From: Candidatus Falkowbacteria bacterium
GTDB lineage: Bacteria; Patescibacteriota; Patescibacteriia; Patescibacteriales; GWE2-39-37
Direction: 5' to 3'
Length of the DNA: 64,000 nt
NCBI GenBank assembly: GCA_013336275.1
Contig: JAAXUA010000002.1
Span: 45,057-109,056 of the forward strand
Part shown: in pieces, positions 57,271 through 64,000 of the stretch
Position numbering within the stretch: position 1 is the stretch's first letter
Layout of the letters: the number at the start of each line of letters is the position of its first letter
The notes under the pieces: generated by a model
What the model was told of the DNA's origin: nothing
Database searches by the model: none
The model's input: only the letters and a program-made list of their open reading frames with translations
Position numbers and translations under genes: made by a program

Positions 57271-57768
57271 ATGAAAGAACAGATTGAACAGGATTTTGGT
57301 GTAGCCGAAATGACTTGGCGCGTGCCAGAATACGAAAAGCATGAACGCGATCGCCGCTGGTATATCTTAGCCGGCGTGGTTGTTGTTTTATTGGTTGTTT
57401 ACGCTTTTTGGACTGATAATTTCCTATTTATGGGCATAATCCTTCTGGGTTCGTTTATTCTGGTTTTAAATGAGACCCAAGAGGCGCCGCAGGTGGAAAT
57501 TTCCCTAACAGATGAGGGGGTGGTTGTTGGCCGCAAGTTTTACGACTATGATCAACTGAATAATTTCGGTATCGTATATAAACCTAATATAGGTGCCAAG
57601 AATCTTTATTTCGAGTTTAAGTCGCCAATGAAACAGCGATTATCGATTCCCCTAATGGAGCAGGATCCTTTAGCCGTCAGAAAGGAGTTACTTAAGTATC
57701 TGCCAGAAGACCTGGATCGGACCAACCGCCCGTTATCTGAAAATCTGTCACGCTTGCTAAAACTGTAG
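57271..57768 (+). CDS. Hypothetical two-TM protein with a PH-like C-domain
   Basis: W.VPEYEKHERDRRWY, two TMs, GVVVGRKFYDY. Confidence 0.75.
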   Translation: MKEQIEQDFGVAEMTWRVPEYEKHERDRRWYILAGVVVVLLVVYAFWTDNFLFMGIILLGSFILVLNETQEAPQVEISLTDEGVVVGRKFYDYDQLNNFGIVYKPNIGAKNLYFEFKSPMKQRLSIPLMEQDPLAVRKELLKYLPEDLDRTNRPLSENLSRLLKL

Positions 57769-57843
57769 TTTTGTGTTACTATGCATGAGTTGAGTCGATT
57801 TTGACCGACTTTATTTTATTTTTAGCCAATATTTGGCAATTTT

Positions 57844-57915
57844 GCACTCGTCGTTCAACGGATAGGACACAAGCTTGCGGAGCTTGTAATCTAGGTTCGA
57901 TTCCTAGCGAGTGCA
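57844..57915 (+). tRNA. tRNA-Arg(GCG)
   Basis: Acceptor GCACTCG/CGAGTGC, A20 in the D-loop, anticodon stem CAAGC/GCTTG with loop TTGCGGA, T-arm CTAGG-TTCGATT-CCTAG. Confidence 0.93.
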
Positions 57916-57955
57916 CAAAAAGAAGAATCCCCGAATGGGGATTTTTCTTTTTGTG
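57914..57955. terminator. Intrinsic terminator after tRNA-Arg
   Basis: CACAAAAAGAAGAATCCCC-GAAT-GGGGATTTTTCTTTTTGTG. Confidence 0.8.
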
Positions 57956-58003
57956 GGATTGTTAGATGCGAAAAGCTAAGTGTCGGCGTGGGGCTTCCGC
58001 CCC

Positions 58004-58045
58004 TTAGACCTGCCTGCCGGCAGGCAGGTTCCTAGCGAGTGCACA
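58004..58045 (+). repeat. Duplicated 3' end of tRNA-Arg, interrupted by a 20-nt palindrome
   Basis: TTAGA[CCTGCCTGCCGGCAGGCAGG]TTCCTAGCGAGTGCACA versus tRNA TTCGA|TTCCTAGCGAGTGCACA (57896-57917). Confidence 0.88.
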
Positions 58046-58100
58046 GTATACAAACCCCTTGTTTTATTGAAAAACAGGGGGTTTGTGTTATGCTGTTCGT

Positions 58101-60200
58101 ATGCTAACTCTAGGGACTTCAATCAAAGAAATGAGCCGGGTGGGGGAACTGACAGCCAAAAAGCTCAAAGGCCTTGATATCGAGACGGTCGAGGATCTTT
58201 TGCTGTATTTTCCTTTTCGTTACGACGATTATAGTCAGCCGGTCAAAATCAACCAATTAACTCCCGGCACCAATGCCTGTTTGACTGGCCAGGTCGAACT
58301 TTTGCAGAATAAGCGCAGCTTTCGGAAGCACATTTCAGTAACCGAGGCGCTGGTCAGCGATGAGACCGGCTCGGTCAAAGTCGTGTGGTTCAACCAGCCA
58401 TTCATCATCAAGAACCTCAAGGAGGGAAATAAAATATCGCTGGCGGGCAAGGTTGAGGAGGATTATGCCGGGCCATTCTTGGCTAGTCCGACCTATGAGA
58501 AGTTGTCAGATGATGATAGCGCTGTGCACACCCAGGGCTTGGTGCCGAATTATCATCTGACAGCCAACCTAACACAGAAGCAATTGCGCTTCTTGATGAA
58601 GCAGGTTATCGGATTATCATCCAGGCTGAGCGATTGGTTGCCGGAATCGATCAGAAGGCAGAACAAGCTGCTGACTTTGGCCGAAGCTGTGCGACTGATA
58701 CATTTTCCGCGGGATGTTAACGATATCCACTCTGCTAAGAAACGCCTGGCTTTCAATGAGCTATTTTTGATCCAGCTGGTGGCGCAGCAGAACCAGCGAG
58801 GCATTTCGAAATCCAAGGCACCATCCATCGTCTTCGACGAGGAGCTTACCAAGAAGTTCGTGGCTAATCTGCCTTTTACCTTGACCGACGCCCAACGCAA
58901 GGCGGCGTGGGCGATTTTGAAGAATCTGGAGCAAGACAGTCCGATGACTCGGTTGCTCGAGGGTGATGTCGGTAGCGGCAAAACGGTCGTCGCTGCTTTG
59001 GTTGCGCTCAATGCGGTAGCCAATGGGTGGCAGTCGGCCATCTTGGTTCCGACGGAGATTCTGGCCAAGCAGCATTTCGCTAGCATCACCAAGCTGCTCG
59101 AAAGTTTCGATATAACGGTCGGCCTGGTTACGCGGAGTGATAAGAAATTGAGCAAAGATGACGAAGAGACGGCAAGCGATGACGCGAAGAAGAAGGTTAA
59201 GAAGCTGAACGCCTCAGCCGTTGTCCAGCAGTCGGACATCATTGTCGGTACGCATGCTTTGATCCAGGAGGATGTCAGATTTGAGAAGCTTGGTTTAGTG
59301 GTGGTGGATGAGCAGCACCGTTTCGGCGTGGCTCAACGGCAGAATCTTTTGGAAAAATCAGGAATTGAAGGGTCCTCCCCGCATCTTTTGTCTATGACGG
59401 CGACACCGATTCCGCGAAGCTTGGCCTTGGCCTTATATGGCGATCTAGATATTTCGATTTTGGACGAGTTGCCAGCTGGCCGGAAACCCATCAAGACTAG
59501 GATCGTGTCCGAAGAGAAGCGCTTGTTGGCCTATAAATTTATCCGCGAACAGATCGAGGCTGGACGGCAGGTATTTGTCATTTGTCCGTTGATCGACCCC
59601 TCGGACAAGCTAGGAGTCAAATCGGTCAATGATGAGCACGAGAAACTGAATAAGCAGATTTTTCCGGACTTGGAAGTAGGGCTGCTTCACGGCAAGCTCA
59701 AAGCGGCTGAGAAGGAGCAGGTCATGTCTGACTTCGCATCCGGCAAGACCAAGATTCTGGTCTCGACATCGGTGGTGGAGGTCGGCGTGGATGTGCCGAA
59801 TGCCACGGTCATGATGATCGAAGGGGCTGAGCGTTTCGGCTTAGCCCAGTTGCACCAGTTCCGTGGCCGGGTCGGTAGAAGCGACCATCAATCATATTGT
59901 TTGCTGTTTACGGAAAGCAACTCGCCAGAGACCCTGAAGCGGCTTGAGGCCCTGGAGCAGCACAATGACGGCTTTGCTCTGGCCAAGATAGATTTGGAGC
60001 TGCGCGGGCCAGGCGAGGTCTATGGCCAATTGCAGAAAGGCTTTCCAGAGCTGAAACTGGCTTCGTTGTTCGATTATGATCTGATGGAAATGGCCAAGAA
60101 AGCGGTTAGCGATCTGTTGGATCGCGACCCGGAGCTGGCCGGCAGCGAATTATTGAGAAGTGAGTCGGCGCATTGGCGCGGCAATATCCATTGGGAGTGA
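58101..60200 (+). CDS. recG: ATP-dependent DNA helicase RecG
   Basis: FPFRYDD wedge, EGDVGSGKT, DEQHRFGV, MTATPIPRS and QLHQFRGRVGR; start taken at MLTL. Confidence 0.97.
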   Translation: MLTLGTSIKEMSRVGELTAKKLKGLDIETVEDLLLYFPFRYDDYSQPVKINQLTPGTNACLTGQVELLQNKRSFRKHISVTEALVSDETGSVKVVWFNQPFIIKNLKEGNKISLAGKVEEDYAGPFLASPTYEKLSDDDSAVHTQGLVPNYHLTANLTQKQLRFLMKQVIGLSSRLSDWLPESIRRQNKLLTLAEAVRLIHFPRDVNDIHSAKKRLAFNELFLIQLVAQQNQRGISKSKAPSIVFDEELTKKFVANLPFTLTDAQRKAAWAILKNLEQDSPMTRLLEGDVGSGKTVVAALVALNAVANGWQSAILVPTEILAKQHFASITKLLESFDITVGLVTRSDKKLSKDDEETASDDAKKKVKKLNASAVVQQSDIIVGTHALIQEDVRFEKLGLVVVDEQHRFGVAQRQNLLEKSGIEGSSPHLLSMTATPIPRSLALALYGDLDISILDELPAGRKPIKTRIVSEEKRLLAYKFIREQIEAGRQVFVICPLIDPSDKLGVKSVNDEHEKLNKQIFPDLEVGLLHGKLKAAEKEQVMSDFASGKTKILVSTSVVEVGVDVPNATVMMIEGAERFGLAQLHQFRGRVGRSDHQSYCLLFTESNSPETLKRLEALEQHNDGFALAKIDLELRGPGEVYGQLQKGFPELKLASLFDYDLMEMAKKAVSDLLDRDPELAGSELLRSESAHWRGNIHWE

Positions 60201-60225
60201 GAAATAAAACAATCCTGCCTTTGAG

Positions 60226-60792
60226 TTATTTATTTGAAATGAAGGTGCTGTTTTTGATATAGAATCGCCACGGCTTATCCTTGTATTCTTCGGCATAGTT
60301 GATGCCGATGCGAGGCCTAGCAACGATGTCCTCGGGTTTTAAAATGAAGTTTTTAGCACGGCCCTCAATCCAAAGGCCGTGCTTTTTGGTATATAGTGGA
60401 AGCTCGTTGAATGATTTGTCGACCTCAAGAGTTTTGGTTAGCTTGGCAGGGCCATCGGTTTTTCCGGAGCTTGTGGTCGAGGGTTCAAGTGCGCGAATAA
60501 GCACGGCTGCCGGGTAGTCTTTGGTCCCGGTTACGGCATTGAGCATGTAGTGCATACCATAGGTGAAATAGACATAAGCGATGCCGCCGGTCTCGAACAT
60601 CGGTTGGTTTCTGGGCGTGCGTCCCCGGCTGGCGTGCGAGCCTTTATCAAGCGGCCCATCGTAAGCTTCGGTCTCGACAATCATGTATTTCGCGGTTTTT
60701 CCGTCAGGTAAGCGGCGCACCAAAAAACAGCCCAATAAGTCTTGGGCTATTTTCAAAGTCGGTTGATCGTAGAATATTTTTGGTAGCAGCAT
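60226..60792 (-). CDS. mpg: 3-methyladenine DNA glycosylase (MPG/AAG family)
   Basis: IVETEAY, AYVYFTYGMH, AVLIRALEP, GPAKL and RIGI..PWRFY. Confidence 0.93.
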   Translation of the reverse strand: MLLPKIFYDQPTLKIAQDLLGCFLVRRLPDGKTAKYMIVETEAYDGPLDKGSHASRGRTPRNQPMFETGGIAYVYFTYGMHYMLNAVTGTKDYPAAVLIRALEPSTTSSGKTDGPAKLTKTLEVDKSFNELPLYTKKHGLWIEGRAKNFILKPEDIVARPRIGINYAEEYKDKPWRFYIKNSTFISNK

Positions 60793-62141
60793 TATTTGAA
60801 AGTGAAGAAAGAGGCCAGGTTGTCGACGTTCTTGACCGGCAGGGCTTTTATCTTCTTGCCGCCTTCCGCTTTGGCCGGGACCATGGCCTGAACGAAGCCG
60901 AGTTTTTCCGCCTCATTCAGGCGCTGCCCTAGCTTGGAGGCCGGACGGACTTCGCCGCCCAAGCCGACCTCGCCCAGGGCGATGGTCTGCGCAGGTAACG
61001 GTTCGTTCAGAAGGGAAGAGATGATGGCGGCGCAGACTGCCAGGTCCAGGGCCGGGTCGTTGATTCTGAGGCCGCCGACGACATTGATGATGACGTCCTG
61101 GTTGGAGAGATTAACTTTGGCTCGTTTCATGAGGACGGCGATCAGGACTTGCAGGCGGTTGAGGTCGAAGCCGGAAGCCTTCCGCTGAGGATATCCGAAG
61201 ACCGTCTTGGTGACCAAGGCCTGTACTTCGACCAGGAAGGGGCGCGTACCCTCAAGGATGCAGCTTACTGCCGCCCCAGCCAGATGTTCGCTGTCCGCTT
61301 CCAAGAAGATGCCGCCAGGATTGACCACTTCTTCGAAGCCTGAGCCGGTCATGGAGAAGACGCCAAGTTCATTGACTGAGCCGAAACGGTTCTTGCTAGC
61401 CCGAAGAAGGCGGTAATCATGCTGGGTTTCGCTTTCGAGGTACAGGACGGTATCGACGATGTGTTCAAGGCTTTTCGGTCCGGCCACAGCGCCATCCTTG
61501 GTGATATGGCCGATCAGGATGACTGCCACGCTTTTTTGTTTGGCCAGTTCGAGCAGCTTGACGGCGCTGGCGCGTATCTGACTTACACTGCCAGCCTCAG
61601 AGGGTAGATTGAAAGAGTAGATGGTCTGGATTGAGTCGACGATCAAGACGACCGGCTTGGATTCTTCGGCAGTGGCGACAATTTTTTCGACATTGGTCTC
61701 ATTGAGGAAGCCTATAGTTCCCGGGTCGATCGATAGCCGTTCGAGCCGTTCTTTGACCTGGTGGGCTGATTCCTCGCCGCTGACATAAAGGACCGGCTGT
61801 TTTTTGGCCAGATGTCCGGCCAGCTGGGCCACCAGCGTCGATTTACCGATACCAGGCTCGCCAGCCAGCAAGACGAACGAGTCAGGCATCAAGCCGCCGC
61901 CCAGGACGCGGTCGCACTCGGCCAAACCGGTAGATAGCCGATTGAAATTGCGTTCATTGATCTCTTTGAGATTGATGATATTGGCAGCTGCCGGCTTCTG
62001 GCTCTGCGACTTTTGCTCTTGGGGGGTTAGGCTCTGTTCTTCGAGCGTGCCCCAAGAGCCGCACTCGGTGCAGCGACCGCTCCATTTGGGAAATTGCGCG
62101 TCACATTTCTTGCAAACGAAGACTGTTGATAGTTTGGCCAT
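60792..62141 (-). CDS. radA: DNA repair protein RadA/Sms
   Basis: CKKC..CTEC Zn finger, GEPGIGKST, KNRFG, Lon-like C-domain; start taken at MAKLS. Confidence 0.97.
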   Translation of the reverse strand: MAKLSTVFVCKKCDAQFPKWSGRCTECGSWGTLEEQSLTPQEQKSQSQKPAAANIINLKEINERNFNRLSTGLAECDRVLGGGLMPDSFVLLAGEPGIGKSTLVAQLAGHLAKKQPVLYVSGEESAHQVKERLERLSIDPGTIGFLNETNVEKIVATAEESKPVVLIVDSIQTIYSFNLPSEAGSVSQIRASAVKLLELAKQKSVAVILIGHITKDGAVAGPKSLEHIVDTVLYLESETQHDYRLLRASKNRFGSVNELGVFSMTGSGFEEVVNPGGIFLEADSEHLAGAAVSCILEGTRPFLVEVQALVTKTVFGYPQRKASGFDLNRLQVLIAVLMKRAKVNLSNQDVIINVVGGLRINDPALDLAVCAAIISSLLNEPLPAQTIALGEVGLGGEVRPASKLGQRLNEAEKLGFVQAMVPAKAEGGKKIKALPVKNVDNLASFFTFK

Positions 62142-62201
62142 ATGTTCAAACAAAAACAGCACCCCTTGCTGTTTTTATGTTAATTTTTGATTTATAACTT
62201 A

Positions 62202-62936
62202 TTATTTTAGCAACGATTCTACGGTCTGCTTCAGTTCGGCGAAAGTAACCTCACCCATGAATTCCTTATCGTTGACGAAGAGAAAGGGGATGCCTGTGAT
62301 GCCAAGAGCATTAGCTTCAATCATGTTGTTGTTGATCGATTGAGCAGTCAGACTGTCTTTGAAACATTTGTTGAAATCGATCATGTTCAGGGTGAGCTTT
62401 TTCGCAATCGAAGTCAAAGACTCGGCGCTGATTTTGGAGCCGCCCTGGAACACTAGGTCGTGATACTGCCAGAATTTTCCTTGGCTGGCGGCGCAGCGGC
62501 CAGCGATGGCTGCCCGGTGGGAGATAGAGGCGGTGTCTTTTTCCGGGTAGTCTTTCCAAATCAGCTTGATTTTGCCCGGGTATTCGTCCATCAGCTTACG
62601 GATCTGCAATTCTTGAGAACCGCAGTATGAGCAGGTAAAATCTGAGAATTGGATTATGGTTATGGGCGACTTCATGTCTCCGAGGATGGGGTCGCTGCCG
62701 TTGATGATCGGCTTGGTGATAAGATCTTTGGCTGTCGGCACTTTGGTAATGAAGGGGTCGGTCTGAAATTCGGCATATGGATCAGGGGAGGTTGACTGTT
62801 CGGCCGCGGCCGGTTGGTTATAAAAAATGATGCCACGCAAGAGCATGACGCTGAAGATAAAGATGAAGATGGCAACAGCTGATGAAGCGATGAATAAGGG
62901 GGTGAAGAATTTCTGTTTGAAGATGGATTTTTTCAT
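62202..62936 (-). CDS. Membrane-anchored DsbA-like thioredoxin-fold protein (CSYC)
   Basis: TM; ITIIQFSDFTCSYC, WKDYP, RCAASQGKFWQYHD and GITGIP. Confidence 0.9.
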   Translation of the reverse strand: MKKSIFKQKFFTPLFIASSAVAIFIFIFSVMLLRGIIFYNQPAAAEQSTSPDPYAEFQTDPFITKVPTAKDLITKPIINGSDPILGDMKSPITIIQFSDFTCSYCGSQELQIRKLMDEYPGKIKLIWKDYPEKDTASISHRAAIAGRCAASQGKFWQYHDLVFQGGSKISAESLTSIAKKLTLNMIDFNKCFKDSLTAQSINNNMIEANALGITGIPFLFVNDKEFMGEVTFAELKQTVESLLK

Positions 62937-62955
62937 GAGAGGTTGGATTTTATTA

Positions 62956-63040
62956 AAGGCCGTTCTCCTTGGTCCTTGCGGACCCTGCGGAGAAGTTTCT
63001 TAAGGCCGTTCTCCTTGGTCCTTGCGGACCCTGCGGAGAA
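62956..63040. repeat. Tandem 39-bp direct repeat (2 copies, 7-nt spacer), each copy a stem-loop
   Basis: AAGGCCGTTCTCCTTGGTCCTTGCGGACCCTGCGGAGAA at 62956-62994 and 63002-63040. Confidence 0.9.
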
Positions 63041-63061
63041 CCGACTGCTCACACGCAGTCG

Positions 63062-64000
63062 TTATTTTAGATTTATCTTGTGGAGCTGGCCTGAGGCACT
63101 GTCGCTGAAGTATAGGTACTTCTGATCGGCGCTGACCATGATGTTATCTATGGTGTAGTCTCCCTCGGGGATGGCGATGCGTTTTTTGGCGCCTGTGGCT
63201 GAATCGATTTGGTAAAGGTCGTCTACTGTGTTCTTGGCCAGCTCTGGGAATAGGCCAGCGCCTTCATCGAGTTCGCGAGGGACAGCACAGAAGAGGTTAG
63301 TTCCACCGGAAAAGTTACATTTTTCGGCCCAGGTATTGATGTTCAGGTTGCGGCGGTTTGAGCCGATATTGTCGCCCTGTGCATCGACTACCCATAGTCC
63401 AGGCTTCATTTCCGTCTGACTGGAGTAGACGCTGTAAACCAGCTGATTGCCTTGAGGAGACCACTTCGGGTCGAAACCGCGGCCCTCGACGATGGTCGAT
63501 TTGAAATTTTCTCCGTTCAAACCAATGAAATAAACCTCCTGCCGATCAAAATCCTTACCCTCGGCGTAAAGCGCTGCCACCTGGTTGTTGGGTGACCACT
63601 CGGTATAGACCTCGTCATCCTTGTCGCCAAGCTGCTCGATGCCTCGGACCTGACTACCGTCGCTTGAAACCGTGGCCACCCAGCGATTGTCGGGGTCCTG
63701 GCCCATGCTTTTGAAGACTAGGTTGCCTCCGTCTGGGGAATAGGAAAAATTTTTCCAATGAGCGGGCAGAGTTATCTGTTTCTGGTTGTTGAAGTCGTAG
63801 ATAATATTAGAACCGTCGGGGTATTCTAATACGGCCTGGTTCTTGTTCGGCGACCAGACTACGCTGTCGACTTTGTAAAAGACCTTGTCGGAGATGGCCT
63901 TGGCGTTGCCAGCTGGGTCGATGCGGTAGAATTTTCCGTCATTCTTGTCGTAGTATTGCAAGCCGTTGCCATCGCTTGAGATAGTGGCGCCCAAGCTTGG
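63062..64000 (-). CDS. Beta-propeller (TolB/WD40-like) protein, 5'-truncated by the window edge
   Basis: Repeated WSP/YSPDG blades (VWSPNK, YSPDGG, EWSPNN, KWSPQG); frame is open to the window end. Confidence 0.8.
   Translation of the reverse strand, partial: PSLGATISSDGNGLQYYDKNDGKFYRIDPAGNAKAISDKVFYKVDSVVWSPNKNQAVLEYPDGSNIIYDFNNQKQITLPAHWKNFSYSPDGGNLVFKSMGQDPDNRWVATVSSDGSQVRGIEQLGDKDDEVYTEWSPNNQVAALYAEGKDFDRQEVYFIGLNGENFKSTIVEGRGFDPKWSPQGNQLVYSVYSSQTEMKPGLWVVDAQGDNIGSNRRNLNINTWAEKCNFSGGTNLFCAVPRELDEGAGLFPELAKNTVDDLYQIDSATGAKKRIAIPEGDYTIDNIMVSADQKYLYFSDSASGQLHKINLK

Noticed and set aside
50024..57915. Genomic island integrated at tRNA-Ser(TGA) carrying the ECF/ArsR cluster
   Set aside because: No duplicate of the tRNA-Ser(TGA) end and no integrase found by eye; accessory origin is possible but unsupported
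57980..58177. 65-aa ORF containing LPAGRQV
   Set aside because: It is a translation of the palindrome and tRNA fragment, and overlaps recG out of frame
62956..63040. CRISPR array
   Set aside because: Only two repeats with a 7-nt spacer, and no cas genes in the window
62943..63125. 60-aa plus-strand ORF
   Set aside because: Derived from the tandem repeat and antisense to a real gene

Overview
A chromosomal window read in genetic code 11 (TGA is used as stop). It most likely comes from a CPR/Patescibacteria (Parcubacteria/ABY1-like) genome. That is an inference from rpoBC with no upstream rplJL, VirB2-like CPR pilins, a giant Cys-rich surface protein, tRNA-Arg(GCG) and AT-rich, mostly SD-less start regions. 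In order, it contains: a peptidase cluster (htpX, M24, M18, U32), ruvA, femX-like, murE-like and rpoBC. Next is a minus-strand operon of DsbA(CxxS), pilin, pilin-NlpC/P60 fusion and a DUF4258/DUF2283 pair, then leuS and rsmA. An ~19 kb T4SS-like locus follows (2808-aa Cys-rich protein, VirB6-, PrgI/VirB3-, VirB4- and VirB8-like genes) ending in comF. After it come a GIY-YIG gene at tRNA-Ser(GCT), a deaminase with an attenuator-like leader, a redox block (DsbB, 2-oxoacid:ferredoxin oxidoreductase, rubrerythrin, desulforedoxin), an ECF sigma/ArsR thiol-metal stress cluster, tRNA-Arg(GCG), recG, mpg and radA. The most striking non-genic signal is that two tRNA genes each have a nearby duplicated fragment of themselves, and each duplicate is interrupted by a short GC-rich palindrome. 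One such pair brackets a lone GIY-YIG nuclease gene. All family assignments come from reading motifs by eye; no database searches were run.
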